A stretch of 64,000 nucleotides of DNA from a bacterium (GCA_040390065.1 JAZJZE010000009.1:128001-192000); one strand, 5' to 3'. Counted from the stretch's first letter, positions 47,589 to 57,616 are shown. Translations and numbers: made by a program. The notes: generated by a model from the sequence alone, not told the origin.

Positions 47589-48423
47589 CGGTCCGGCCGA
47601 GTAGGTCGCGCAACTTGATGGCAGCCACGGCTTGCCGGCCGACGTCCAGCCGCCCCGGCGCCGCGTAGAACAGGTTCTGGCCCTTGAGGCCAAGCCAAGT
47701 TCCGGCGTGCCGGCCGAACGGTTGCACGCGGCGCGGCGCTCCCGGCAGCGGCTGACTCACCAAGTGGTCCTCGACACGCACGACAGGGCCAGGCGCCGCG
47801 CCGCGTTCGGCCAGCCGTGCACGCATCGCCTCGGCGCGGGCGGCCACGAGGTCCCAATCGACGGGTCTTGCCATCTGGGGAAGGATTTCGCGTGGCGTGC
47901 GGAACTCGGGGACGCCGTACAGGAACGACAATGCGCGCTCGGCGGCCCGGGCGGCGGCACGGTCCGGCTGCCGACTGGCCACGAAGTAGGCGTCGGCGCC
48001 TTGTTCGCGCAGGCGGAGCGGGACGCGCCACTCCTGCGTCAGGCCGACTTTGGCAAGCGGGCCGTAGAAGGCGACGTACACGGCGTGTGGCACGGGCCCG
48101 AACGGGCAGTGACAGCTTGCTGGGTCGCTCGCGCAGCGCGGTTCGAAGACGCAATCTGGCGTCTCGAGCCCACTGCAGGGAAGGCAGCAGGCTTCGGCGC
48201 CGACCGCCGTCTGCCCGGGGCACGGTACATGATGGCCGGCGTCCCAGCGGCCGACGCAAGTGCGCGGGCCCGACACGCGCCACGCGAAGGCGCCCTCGAG
48301 GGCGACACGCGACGGTGGCCCGCCACCGGACGGCACGGCCAGTAGGAAGGGCACGCCATCGTCCTCGCCCGAGGCGATGACGTGGAAGCCGTCGCTCGGC
48401 GGTGCGCGGGCTGCCGCCAGCAC
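47566..48423 (-). CDS. DUF2797-like Cys-rich protein
   Basis: Cys cluster; HAVYVA, KVGLT and RLREQGA motifs. Confidence 0.78.
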   Translation of the reverse strand: MLAAARAPPSDGFHVIASGEDDGVPFLLAVPSGGGPPSRVALEGAFAWRVSGPRTCVGRWDAGHHVPCPGQTAVGAEACCLPCSGLETPDCVFEPRCASDPASCHCPFGPVPHAVYVAFYGPLAKVGLTQEWRVPLRLREQGADAYFVASRQPDRAAARAAERALSFLYGVPEFRTPREILPQMARPVDWDLVAARAEAMRARLAERGAAPGPVVRVEDHLVSQPLPGAPRRVQPFGRHAGTWLGLKGQNLFYAAPGRLDVGRQAVAAIKLRDLLGRTVTPGDDA

Positions 48424-48424
48424 G

Positions 48425-49795
48425 TCAGCGCTCCCAAGGGCGGCGGCGCAGCACCGTGTCGGCCACGGCGGGGGCCCACGGAGCGGGCGCGTCGGCAGGG
48501 TCCAGCATGACCCGCGCATCGGGCAACGCGTCCTGCACGTGCCGGCCTGTCATTCCCGTGCGCAGGTGCGCGGTGATCCATTGGCCGGCAGTGCGCTCGC
48601 GCACGCGCACGTCGACTTCGAGTTGTCCGGCCGCGCCGCGGCGCACCGGTCCGGCGGCATCGGGATGGCCGGCCCACTTGGCCCGGAAGCGCTCGGCGTT
48701 GGGCACGACGGCTTCGAGCGGCCCTGCATGCGTTCGCGTTGCGGGCAGTTCGCGGCCGTTGGCGATCCACTGCAGGAGCACTTCGTCGCCGGCCGCGTTT
48801 GCTGCGGCGCTTGTGCGGTACACGGCAAAGCCGGCGTCCTCCAATCCGGCGGCGACCGACCGTGCGGCGCGCTGGAATTGCGGGAACACGATGTCGAGGC
48901 GGTCGGTGCGCGGCCGCACCAGGACGCCGGCCCAGGTGGCGCCTTGCTCCGCCAGGCTCGTGTGAAGCGCGGTCGCCGCCTCGGCGCGCGGCGGGGCCGG
49001 GAAGAAATGGTCGATGCGCGGATGCCCGAGGTACGTGCGGGCCGCATCGCATGCTTGGGCCAGCGTCTCCGTTTGCACGGCCGCGGCGCAATTGCGTGCC
49101 GGATCGACCGGGTCCACGACGACGAGCGGCGACACGTCGTCCTTGACTTCGTCGGCCCCGATGTGGAGCCGGCGGGGCTGCGCATCCCCGGCCAGCCAAC
49201 GCAAGGCGCCATGGAAGGAGCCTTGGCTTGCGACGAGGACTTCGGCGAGATACCCGGAGAAGCCACCGGTGGCCGTCTGCGCACCATAGCAGCCCGCCCC
49301 CGTGAGGAAACGTTTCAGAAGACGAGCGGAAGCGAGGCCCGCGGCGTCGAGGTGGGTGCGCACCCACGCTGTGTGAAACGGTGTGCGGTCGACGGCGCTC
49401 ATCTTGGAGCCGGCGGCGCCCACGGCATACGCAGGCACGAGGTCGACGGTGCGGCCGCGATACGTGCCGATGAGATACGGGTGTTGGGCGTACCTCGTGT
49501 GGGCGTCGGCGAGGATGCGTTTGCCCACGTCGAGGGCAACGCGCTCCAGGCGGTCAGCCGGGACGGCTGGGTCGAGGAGGAGGAACAGGTCGATGTCGCC
49601 GGAGCCCGAGATCCATGTGCCCTTGGCGACGGAGCCTTGCACCGTGGCGTGGCCCTTCATGCCGAGGCGGGCGAGTTCGGCGTCGGCGGCGGCCGTGAGG
49701 TCACGGACGACGGTTTGGCAGGCCGCCTCCTCTTGGGGCGTCGGCGTGATGCGTGCCAGGACCTCATGTTCCAGCGCCGTTGGCGGGCTTGTCAC
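48425..49795 (-). CDS. cca: Archaeal CCA-adding enzyme
   Basis: GSVAKGTW, DIDLF, YAQHPY, DLVP, SAVDRTPFH, GFSGYL and DPVDPARN motifs. Confidence 0.95.
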   Translation of the reverse strand: MTSPPTALEHEVLARITPTPQEEAACQTVVRDLTAAADAELARLGMKGHATVQGSVAKGTWISGSGDIDLFLLLDPAVPADRLERVALDVGKRILADAHTRYAQHPYLIGTYRGRTVDLVPAYAVGAAGSKMSAVDRTPFHTAWVRTHLDAAGLASARLLKRFLTGAGCYGAQTATGGFSGYLAEVLVASQGSFHGALRWLAGDAQPRRLHIGADEVKDDVSPLVVVDPVDPARNCAAAVQTETLAQACDAARTYLGHPRIDHFFPAPPRAEAATALHTSLAEQGATWAGVLVRPRTDRLDIVFPQFQRAARSVAAGLEDAGFAVYRTSAAANAAGDEVLLQWIANGRELPATRTHAGPLEAVVPNAERFRAKWAGHPDAAGPVRRGAAGQLEVDVRVRERTAGQWITAHLRTGMTGRHVQDALPDARVMLDPADAPAPWAPAVADTVLRRRPWER

Positions 49796-50505
49796 GCCTT
49801 GCCTCCGACGTCGAGCTGCGCCTGCTGCGGGCCGACGGGTCGCTCCGCGACGAGGTGCTCGGTCCCCGTTGCGCGCAGGAGGGCCCGCCGCAGCAGGTCC
49901 GCGACGGCCTCGCTCGTGAGCATCGGATCGTTGTCGTCGAGGGCCAGGAGTGGATCCCGGGCGGGGACGACGATGTGGGGGCTCGCGCGGCGGGAGAACA
50001 AGTCGCGGTACGTGCGCCGTGTGGCGTCGCCGACGATGACCCGGCGCAGGTCGTCGGGGATGGAGGCGAAGCCGGCGTGCTGCAGCTCCGCCTGGAAGAT
50101 GGGGCGGCCGAGCGTCGACTGCAGGGCAGCCAGACACAGCCGGACGCGCTCGGCCTCGGCGCGCGGCGTCTCCTGCAGAAGGCGGTGCAGGCGCTGGTGC
50201 AAGGACCAATGCGCCTCCGGGTTCTGCAACTGGTACAGCTTGGACGGCGGGCGGTCCATCTCCCGGAGCACGCCGGCGTCGGACAGTGCCTGCAAGTACC
50301 CGGCGATGGTGAGCCGGTGCGCGGGCGCGCCGCCACCTCCGACGAGGACGCGGGTGATGCCGCTGATGGAATCGGTGCCCGTGCGCTTGAGGTGCTCGAC
50401 GATGCGGTCGCGGACCGTGGCGTGGCGGGACAGGGCGCGCCGCCCATCCGGGGGGCCTTCGGCCGGCGGCACCGGCTCGACTTCTCCGTCAGGCACCGCC
50501 TCCAT
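49792..50505 (-). CDS. Winged-helix domain protein
   Basis: SISGITR...HRLTIAGYLQAL...PPSKLY; GTGA overlap with cca. Confidence 0.75.
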   Translation of the reverse strand: MEAVPDGEVEPVPPAEGPPDGRRALSRHATVRDRIVEHLKRTGTDSISGITRVLVGGGGAPAHRLTIAGYLQALSDAGVLREMDRPPSKLYQLQNPEAHWSLHQRLHRLLQETPRAEAERVRLCLAALQSTLGRPIFQAELQHAGFASIPDDLRRVIVGDATRRTYRDLFSRRASPHIVVPARDPLLALDDNDPMLTSEAVADLLRRALLRATGTEHLVAERPVGPQQAQLDVGGKA

Positions 50506-50643
50506 GGCCTGGTCACAAACCCGATGACAATAAAGGTGCCTGGGGGGCAGGCGAAGCCGCCCAGCGTTTCCCTTGTGGCGCTATTTCAACGGCAAGCCGC
50601 CTAGATAAGGGGCTTATGAGGGCCTTTTCCGCGCGACCTGGGC

Positions 50644-50651
50644 TTTAAATA
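50644..50651 (+). promoter_or_regulatory. TATA box of tbp
   Basis: TTTAAATA in a GC-rich background about 50 nt upstream of the ATG. Confidence 0.7.
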
Positions 50652-50701
50652 GCACGGCCAAGTTGGTCGATTCACCCCCTAAAAAGGGAAGGACACCCGA
50701 C

Positions 50702-51250
50702 ATGGCGGTCATCCACATCCAGAACGTCGTCGCAAGCACCTCCATCGGCGAGGAGCTTGACTTGAACGCCATCAGCGCCACGTTCTCCAACGCCGAGTAC
50801 GAACCCGAGCAATTCCCCGGCCTGGTCTTCCGCGTCCCCGAACCCAAGACGGCCGCCCTGATCTTCCGCAGCGGCAAGGTCGTCTGCACGGGCGCCAAGT
50901 CCATCGAGGAGGTCCACACCGCCGTGGGCATCGTCTGCGACCAGTTGCGCGCCAACGGCTTCGAGACCATCGACGACCCCGAGATCACGATCCAGAACAT
51001 CGTCGCCACCAGCGACCTCGGCGCCGAACTGAACCTCAACGCCATCGCCATCGGCCTCGGCCTGGAGAACGTCGAGTACGAGCCCGAGCAGTTCCCCGGT
51101 CTCGTCTACCGCCTCACCGACCCCAAGGTCGTCGTCCTCATCTTCGGCAGCGGCAAGCTGGTCTGCACCGGCGCCCGCAAGAAGGAAGACGCCGAGGAAG
51201 CCGTGGACAAAATCACGGCCGAGCTCAGCTCGCTGGGCCTGCTGTTCTAG
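50702..51250 (+). CDS. tbp: TATA-box-binding protein
   Basis: Two repeats of IQN(V/I)VA...[11 protein letters not shown]...IFxSGK. Confidence 0.98.
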   Translation: MAVIHIQNVVASTSIGEELDLNAISATFSNAEYEPEQFPGLVFRVPEPKTAALIFRSGKVVCTGAKSIEEVHTAVGIVCDQLRANGFETIDDPEITIQNIVATSDLGAELNLNAIAIGLGLENVEYEPEQFPGLVYRLTDPKVVVLIFGSGKLVCTGARKKEDAEEAVDKITAELSSLGLLF

Positions 51251-51327
51251 AGCCTTCCTTGCCCTCCGAGAACAACCTTGGTGCCGGCACCGTGCACGTT
51301 TTGCGGGCGTAGGCCCGACATTCCGGC

Positions 51328-52545
51328 ATGCCAATCCTGCCGTCAGCCACGGCCATCCTCTCCCTTCTTCTGGTTGCCGCCGCCGGAACCTTGGCAGCCA
51401 TCGCTGTCTGGGCGCTGTTTCGCGGCGCCGCGAAGCTCGCAAGCCGCACGAAGGGCGGCCTCGATGACGAACTTGCGCGCCGCCTGGCCGCGCCGGCCGC
51501 CGTCGCCGTTGGCGCCCTGACAGCACAACTTGCCGTCTCCTTCGTCGCGGTCGCATTGGATGCAAGCGTGTCCGCAGTTCTCCGGCAGGGCCTCGCGATC
51601 CTGTTCCTCGCCGCGGCCGCGTGGGGTGTCGTGCGCGCCATCCGCGGCGTATTCGACGCTGCCACGAAGCGCCGGCCTCGCCTCGCGCCCGCGACGCGGC
51701 TCGGGTCACGCCTCGTCGCGGTGAGCTTGTACGCGTTGGCCGGGTTGACGATCCTGTCGCAGCTGGGCATCTCCGTGACACCGATCCTCACGGGCCTTGG
51801 CATCGCCGGCATCGCCGTCGCCCTCGCACTGCAAGACACCTTGTCGAACTTCTTCGCGGGTGTTTGGATCCAGACGGGACGCCCGCTGCAGCCAGGCCAT
51901 TTCGTGCGCCTCGAGGCGCAGAAACTGGAGGGCTACGTCGAACAGGTCGGCTGGCGCACCACGCGGCTGCGCACGCTGGCGGGCACGACCATCGTCATCC
52001 CCAACGCGAGCCTTGCACAATCCATCGTGACCGACCACAACATCCCGGCCCCCGACCTGTCGGTGACGATGAAGTTCCGCGTCGGCTACGAGCAGGACCC
52101 GGCCAAGGTCGTGCAGGCGCTGACCGAGGAAGCCCAAGCCCTCATGCAGGACGACCCCACGCCGTTTGCAGCCGGCACGGCTCCCTTTGCCCAACTTGCC
52201 GACCTCGGCGACGACGCGCTCGTCTTCGCCGTCACGGTGCGCGTCACCGAATACGTCAAGCAGTTCCAGGTCCAGGACCGTCTCCGGCTGCGCGTCCTCA
52301 ACCGCTTCCGCCGCGACGCCATCCGCATCCCATACCCGACGCGCCACAACATCCAGGAGCCGGTCGACACGCCGGCGCACCGCTACGCCTCAGGACCTGG
52401 GGGATTTGCGGCCTATGACCGGCCGCCCCGACCACCGCCCATGCGCCAAGCCCCCGCCACCGTCGACCCGCGTGAAGCCGAGGCCGAGCAAGCCAAGCAG
52501 GACATCGCCGAAGCCCAAGCCGACGCCGCGGCGCCCAAGGAGTAG
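51328..52545 (+). CDS. MscS-family mechanosensitive channel
   Basis: ALQDTLSNFFAG, GWRTTRL, IPN and IPYP motifs. Confidence 0.93.
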   Translation: MPILPSATAILSLLLVAAAGTLAAIAVWALFRGAAKLASRTKGGLDDELARRLAAPAAVAVGALTAQLAVSFVAVALDASVSAVLRQGLAILFLAAAAWGVVRAIRGVFDAATKRRPRLAPATRLGSRLVAVSLYALAGLTILSQLGISVTPILTGLGIAGIAVALALQDTLSNFFAGVWIQTGRPLQPGHFVRLEAQKLEGYVEQVGWRTTRLRTLAGTTIVIPNASLAQSIVTDHNIPAPDLSVTMKFRVGYEQDPAKVVQALTEEAQALMQDDPTPFAAGTAPFAQLADLGDDALVFAVTVRVTEYVKQFQVQDRLRLRVLNRFRRDAIRIPYPTRHNIQEPVDTPAHRYASGPGGFAAYDRPPRPPPMRQAPATVDPREAEAEQAKQDIAEAQADAAAPKE

Positions 52546-52614
52546 GCATCCGAGTCCGTCGCCCCGCACCACACGAAAGCCCTTTGACCGCGAGGCGGGC
52601 ATCGTCGCCTGGCC

Positions 52615-53937
52615 ATGCTGACCATCCAACACTGGCCCGGCTTGGTGGCGGGCGCCGCCCTCCTCATCCTCGCCGCCTGGGCGCTGATCCTGTCCCCGCG
52701 CAACCGCCTGCACCGCGGCTTCGCCCTCTTTGCCTTGACGCGGGCGCTCATGAGTGCGCTCGGCCGCTTCACTCAAGACAACACGCCGCTGCACCCCGAC
52801 CGGTTTGGGGAGATTGCCGCGGCGTTGTACCCGTACCTGCAGATTGCCGCCCCCTTTGCCTTGGCGAACTTTGCGGTCCTCTTTGTGGCCACCTATGGCC
52901 GCGTCCGTTCCGTCGCGTGGCGCCGGTCCTGGCGCACCGCCATCCTGGTCGCGTGCGTCCTCGTCGAGGCCTGGTACTTCGCCGACCACCGCGCCTACAT
53001 CCGCAGTGCGACGGAAGACGGGCCGCTCTACATCGCCCTGCCGTTGACCCTGGCCGTGTCGGCGTGGGTCGGCTGGCTGGTCGGACGCGGCGCCCTGCAC
53101 CCGACGAACGGCTGCGACCCCCACGCGTTCCTTCTCTTCTCTTTGGGGTTCGTTGCAGAGCCGCTCTATTACGCCATCGACTTCGACCCCGTGAACCTGG
53201 CCAGCGATGCCAGCAATTGGATGGAGTGGACTTGGGTCGCGCTTTTCTGGGCCACCATCGCGGCGGCCGCCATCCTGGTCGTGTCGGTGGTCGCGTTCCG
53301 CCGCCGGCACGGCCCGACGCCCGTGCCTCGCCACCTTTCCACGACGCTCCTCTTCCTCGGCCTGGTCTGCGTGACGGCGGCCGTGACCCTGATCTGGGGC
53401 AGGCAGGTGGTGGCGTCCGGCGAGAACTACACGTACTCGGCCGCCCGCACCACGCACCTGTTCCTCAATGCATTCTGGCTCCTCGTCCTCGTCGGCCTCG
53501 CCTCGTACGCCATCCTGCGCTACAAGATCCTCACCATCGACGTCCGCCTCAAGCAGATCCTGCGCGAGGGCACGACGGCGGCGGCGCTGACGGCGGTCTT
53601 CTTCATCGTTGAACAGGTCTTGCAACTCGCCGTGCAGTCGACGTTGCCGCCCTTCGGGTGGGCCGACCTCCTCGTCAACATCCTGGCTGGTGCCGCCGTC
53701 GCCCTCGGCCTCATGCCTGCTCACCGCCTCGCGGCGCGCCTTGCCAACCGGCTGCTTCCCACCGTCGACGACTCCCCCGACTACCGCCGGCAACGTGCGG
53801 CGAAGATCTACCGCGCAGCCTTCCAGCAGGCCCACCGGGACGGGTCGGTGACGCACCGCGAGCGCACGGCCCTGCAACGCCTAGCCGCGACCCTGAACAT
53901 CAGCGCCGCGCAGGCCGCCGGCTTGGAGAAGCCCTAG
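52615..53937 (+). CDS. Multi-TM sensor-like protein with C-terminal TerB-like helical domain (paralog 1)
   Basis: LHRGFALF...LANFA...YAILRY...IYRAAF..A..DG.VT.RER.AL.RLA. Confidence 0.75.
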   Translation: MLTIQHWPGLVAGAALLILAAWALILSPRNRLHRGFALFALTRALMSALGRFTQDNTPLHPDRFGEIAAALYPYLQIAAPFALANFAVLFVATYGRVRSVAWRRSWRTAILVACVLVEAWYFADHRAYIRSATEDGPLYIALPLTLAVSAWVGWLVGRGALHPTNGCDPHAFLLFSLGFVAEPLYYAIDFDPVNLASDASNWMEWTWVALFWATIAAAAILVVSVVAFRRRHGPTPVPRHLSTTLLFLGLVCVTAAVTLIWGRQVVASGENYTYSAARTTHLFLNAFWLLVLVGLASYAILRYKILTIDVRLKQILREGTTAAALTAVFFIVEQVLQLAVQSTLPPFGWADLLVNILAGAAVALGLMPAHRLAARLANRLLPTVDDSPDYRRQRAAKIYRAAFQQAHRDGSVTHRERTALQRLAATLNISAAQAAGLEKP

Positions 53938-53953
53938 TGGGTTCAGCGCCGAT

Positions 53954-54421
53954 TCAGAGGACCGAGCCGAGGACGACCTTGACGCCCGCGGTGGTCGCGG
54001 GGTGGTGCTGGCCCTTTGCCGTCCGGTGCACAGTGAGGACACCCACGAGTTCGAAGCGCTCGGGCGTCTCGCGCACGCGGAACTCCAAGGCGTGCTTGGG
54101 CCCGAACTTGGCCTGCGCCTCCTTGTTGGCGGCATCCCAGACGTCCTGCATCTTGCCGACCCACTTGTTGGCAAAGTCGTCCGACTCCTTCATGGCGGCG
54201 AGGACCTTGGCCCTGGCCGCCGGGGGCAGCTTGGCGCGCGCCGCCTTGTATGCCTTCGCGGCGGGCTCGGGGAGCGTCGACAAGAGCAGGTCCTGGACGC
54301 CCGCGGTCAGGGCGACGGAATCGATGCAGGGGTCGCCGGAACTGTAAGGGCAGACGCCCCCAAGGACTCCGGGCAGCTTCAATCCGGTGCGCGTGCGCTT
54401 TGGCGTCGTATCATCGGCCAT
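53954..54421 (-). CDS. Hypothetical protein with CPYSSGDPCID motif
   Basis: 155 aa from MADDTTPK; host-like codon usage. Confidence 0.7.
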   Translation of the reverse strand: MADDTTPKRTRTGLKLPGVLGGVCPYSSGDPCIDSVALTAGVQDLLLSTLPEPAAKAYKAARAKLPPAARAKVLAAMKESDDFANKWVGKMQDVWDAANKEAQAKFGPKHALEFRVRETPERFELVGVLTVHRTAKGQHHPATTAGVKVVLGSVL

Positions 54422-54521
54422 GCGGCGCACTCCGCGAAGGGCGCTATAACCGTAGGCTATGGCCTCCGCGCGCACACGAAAGCGCCTTATGCCGGGAAGC
54501 CAAGATGCCGGCCGGATTCCC

Positions 54522-55844
54522 ATGGACGTCGACGCAGCGTACATCCCCGACCTCGCCGCCGCCCTCGCGTTGACAGGCCTCGGGGCCTGGGTGGTTGCAA
54601 TCGACGTCAAGCGCCGCCTGCATCGCGCCTTCGGCTTGCTGATGTTCGTCTTGGCCTTTACCGTGCTGAATTTTGTCTTCGCGTTGCGCGGCAACCTGGC
54701 CCAGTCCCTGTTCGTCTACGGTTGCCTTGCGACGCCGTTTGCCCTGGCCAACTTCGCCCTCGTCTTCTGGCGTTCCTACGGCGAGCGCCGCCCCGGACCG
54801 CCGGCCCCTTGGTGGCGATTGGCGCGTTGGATGCTACTGGCGGGTGCACTCGCGGTGGGCGGCCTGTACGCGCAGGACGCCACCTTGTGGGATGGCTGGC
54901 TCGGCGTGTTCATCGTGATTGGCCCGGCCACCGGCGCCGCCGTGGCTTTCGGCGTCGGCTGGCATTACCTGCGCATGCCGTCGGGCCAGAAACGCGACGC
55001 CCTCTTCCTCTTCGCCCTCGGATTCATCCTCGACCCGGCCTTCTACGTGGGGAGCCGGATTGCCGGCTGGTCGTGGACTGCGGACGCAGCCCAGACCACA
55101 GCCATCAGCATCGCCGCCCTCGCGGTGCTGCTCGTCCTGGTGCTTGCCGTCCTGTTTGCATACGGGGCGCGCAAGTCGGACCGCCACGCCCGCCGACAGG
55201 CATGGGCCCTCGGCGTCCTTTCGCTCACAGCCATCCTCACCGGGGTCGCCGTCGCCCTCATCCCGGCACACAGCCACGGGGCCTTCACCACGAGGCTGCA
55301 TGCGGTCCTCCTGCACACGATCGGCAGCGCTTGGCGCCTGACGTTTGCCGCGCTCGCTGCCTACTCCATCATCCGGTACTGCCTGTTCACCCTCAACCCG
55401 CGCTTCCGCCGCCTCGTGCGCGAGACCGGAATGGCCGCAGCGCTTGGCGCGACCCTGTTCATCTCGGAGCAGTTGCTGCAGCAGTTCGTGCAGGACAAGA
55501 TCCCGACGGCCACCATCGGCGGCGGACCTGCGTGGATCCTGGCGTGGCTCGGGGCGGCCGGAGCCGTCGCCATGGTCTTCTTCCCGGTCCACAAGGCCTG
55601 CAGCCGGCTGGCGTTGCGTGCCGCCCCGGCGGGACGAAGCCGCGAAGACCACGAGCGCCACTGTGTCGAGATTTACCGCGCAGCCCTCAACGCCGCGCGT
55701 CAGGACGGCTTCATCTCACCGCAGGAGCGTTCGGCGCTGCATCGCCTCGCAGATAACCTAGGGCTCGCGCCGAAGCAGGTGCAGGTCATCGAATCCGCAT
55801 CCGGCCCAGACGAGGAGCCCATGCGCCTGCCCACGATGGCGTAG
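54522..55844 (+). CDS. Multi-TM sensor-like protein with C-terminal TerB-like helical domain (paralog 2)
   Basis: LHRAFGLL...PFALANFA...YSIIRY...IYRAAL..A..DG.IS.QER.AL.RLA. Confidence 0.75.
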   Translation: MDVDAAYIPDLAAALALTGLGAWVVAIDVKRRLHRAFGLLMFVLAFTVLNFVFALRGNLAQSLFVYGCLATPFALANFALVFWRSYGERRPGPPAPWWRLARWMLLAGALAVGGLYAQDATLWDGWLGVFIVIGPATGAAVAFGVGWHYLRMPSGQKRDALFLFALGFILDPAFYVGSRIAGWSWTADAAQTTAISIAALAVLLVLVLAVLFAYGARKSDRHARRQAWALGVLSLTAILTGVAVALIPAHSHGAFTTRLHAVLLHTIGSAWRLTFAALAAYSIIRYCLFTLNPRFRRLVRETGMAAALGATLFISEQLLQQFVQDKIPTATIGGGPAWILAWLGAAGAVAMVFFPVHKACSRLALRAAPAGRSREDHERHCVEIYRAALNAARQDGFISPQERSALHRLADNLGLAPKQVQVIESASGPDEEPMRLPTMA

Positions 55845-55850
55845 GTCGCA

Positions 55851-56219
55851 CTACAGTTGGATGTCGACGCCGAGGACGGGTGTCGGCGCCGGGGCGCTGG
55901 CGGGGCGCATGCCGTTGTGGCAGACGTAGAGCACGAGCTTGCGCCGGTCGGCGGCCGTTCCAACGTCGGCGACGCCGGCCGCGGTGATGCCGATGTGGTA
56001 GGGTCCGCCCGCGTAGTTGGCCAACTTGAGGGCGAGGCTGGCGTTGCCTGGGTCCAAGGCGGCCTGGAGCGCCACTGTCGTGTCGTGCAGGATCTTGATG
56101 ACCGCGGCCTGCATCGCGGCGTCGGCGGGGTTCGACGCCTTGGGCGTCTTTTGCAGGTGGGGCAGACCCTTCACCGTGCGTGCGGTGTCCGGTTTGGCCC
56201 AGGCGCTGAGCTTGGCCAC
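55851..56219 (-). CDS. Hypothetical protein
   Basis: 122 aa; GTG start 1 nt after the upstream stop. Confidence 0.65.
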   Translation of the reverse strand: MAKLSAWAKPDTARTVKGLPHLQKTPKASNPADAAMQAAVIKILHDTTVALQAALDPGNASLALKLANYAGGPYHIGITAAGVADVGTAADRRKLVLYVCHNGMRPASAPAPTPVLGVDIQL

Positions 56220-56220
56220 G

Positions 56221-56454
56221 TTACGGCCCCCAGGAGTCGGAGAAGCCGTCGAAGCAGGGCTTGTCACCGGCTTGGCAGTCGGACCGGCCGGGGATGATGG
56301 AGTCCGCGTCGGGCAGCATCCACACCATCTGGTTCATCTGGTTGCAAAGCGGCTGCAGGTGGGCGTAGATCTGGTCGGCCACCGGCGTCGGAAATCGTTT
56401 GTAGAATGGGTCGTTTCGGTCGCAAATGTTGACCACGCAAGCACCGCGCGGCAA
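56221..56454 (-). CDS. Small Cys-containing protein (CQAGDKPCFD)
   Basis: 71-77 aa; ATTAAA box upstream on the minus strand. Confidence 0.6.
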   Translation of the reverse strand: MPRGACVVNICDRNDPFYKRFPTPVADQIYAHLQPLCNQMNQMVWMLPDADSIIPGRSDCQAGDKPCFDGFSDSWGP

Positions 56455-56548
56455 TTCTAGCCCCCGGGTTTAATGATTTGCCAGGCGGGACCGGGCCAGG
56501 GCCGGATGAGACCGGGCCGCTTTTCTTCCGGGTCTCGGTGGAGCGCCC

Positions 56549-57337
56549 ATGCACCCCCTTCGAGCCTTGGCCCCTCTCCTGGCCATCCTCCTCGCCCCAG
56601 CGGCCTCCGCCGCATTCGTCTCCGAGGTCGCCGGCGGCGACACCGACAACGGCATCGCACTCGTCCTCCAGCACGCCGCCTTCACCTTCATCGACGGCAA
56701 CGCCAATGGCCACTTGGACTCGGCCGCGCCCCGCGAACCCATCTACTTGGACCTGGACGCGTCGGGGACCGTCACGTACGGCGACGAACGGCTGACGCCC
56801 TTTGGCCACTACGCAGGCCACACGCAGGTGGACCTGACGGACGCGGACGCAGGCCGTGCGCTTGCGGCGGCGCCGGGCTGGTTCGCGCGCAGCAATGCCG
56901 GCTGGGTCGCGGACCTCGACAATTCCGGGACCCTCACGGCGGGCGACCTGCGCCTCGGCGCCGATGGCGCCACACCAATTGCCACAGCGCAGGCCACGGG
57001 CGAAATTCTGCGCGTGCAGGGCACGCCGGGAACGCTCTTCCACATGGGGCAAGGCGCGTCGCTCTACCTGGACACCGACTCTTGGACCGCGGGCGGCGGC
57101 CAGGTCAGCCCCGGGGACGTGCGCATCATTGCGGGCCCGTTTGCGACTGAACCCGTGGCGCCGCAGCCACCGGCCTCGCCCGTCCCGGCGCAGGATAGCA
57201 CGCCCGCAGCAACGGCGCATCAAGCGGCCGATTCGTGGCGCTCCCTCGACTGGGTCCTCGTCGGCCTCGCCGTCGCGAACCTGGCGGGGCTTGCCATGCT
57301 AGCCAAGGCGCAACGGCCCAAGAACCCGTTCAAGTGA
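56549..57337 (+). CDS. Membrane-anchored secreted protein with Dx[DN]xxG Ca-binding-like repeats
   Basis: Signal peptide; DGNANG, DLDASGTVTYGD, DLDNSGTLTAGD; C-terminal TM. Confidence 0.78.
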   Translation: MHPLRALAPLLAILLAPAASAAFVSEVAGGDTDNGIALVLQHAAFTFIDGNANGHLDSAAPREPIYLDLDASGTVTYGDERLTPFGHYAGHTQVDLTDADAGRALAAAPGWFARSNAGWVADLDNSGTLTAGDLRLGADGATPIATAQATGEILRVQGTPGTLFHMGQGASLYLDTDSWTAGGGQVSPGDVRIIAGPFATEPVAPQPPASPVPAQDSTPAATAHQAADSWRSLDWVLVGLAVANLAGLAMLAKAQRPKNPFK

Positions 57338-57339
57338 AA

Positions 57340-57389
57340 TGGGGAAGATGGGAGTTGAACCCACGACCTGGGCATGATGAGTGCCCCGC
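57340..57389 (-). pseudogene. Duplicated 3' 50 nt of tRNA(CAT)
   Basis: 49/50 identity to 57543-57592. Confidence 0.95.
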
Positions 57390-57509
57390 GAATCTGCAAA
57401 CAGGTCGATCATTTCCGTCGTGCGGCGCTCGCTTCGCTCGACCGCGACCTGCAAACAGGTCGATCATTTCCGTCGTGCGGCGCTCGCTCCGCTCGGCCGC
57501 ACATAGGCG
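57390..57509 (-). mobile_element. Structured dispersed repeat E3, two tandem 55-bp end units
   Basis: CTGCAAACAGGTCGATCATTTCCGTCGTGCGGCGCTCGC at 57394 and 57449. Confidence 0.88.
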
Positions 57510-57542
57510 CTCGACACTTCCGTCGTCGACCAGGGAATGCAG

Positions 57543-57616
57543 TGGGGAAGATGGGAGTTGAACCCACGACCTGGGCATTATGAGTGCCCCGCCCTAACCA
57601 GCTAGGCCACTTCCCC
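57543..57616 (-). tRNA. tRNA with CAT anticodon (Ile2 or elongator Met)
   Basis: Cloverleaf GGGGAAG/CTTCCCC-A; anticodon arm GGGCA-CTCATAA-TGCCC; T loop TTCAACT; no encoded CCA. Confidence 0.93.

Noticed and set aside
57390-57509. Tandem repeats as a CRISPR array
   Set aside because: Only two near-identical 55-bp units, no unique spacers and no cas genes; the unit is the end of a dispersed element.
57340-57616. Prophage or integrative island at the tRNA
   Set aside because: The att-like duplication encloses only about 150 bp, with no integrase or viral genes.
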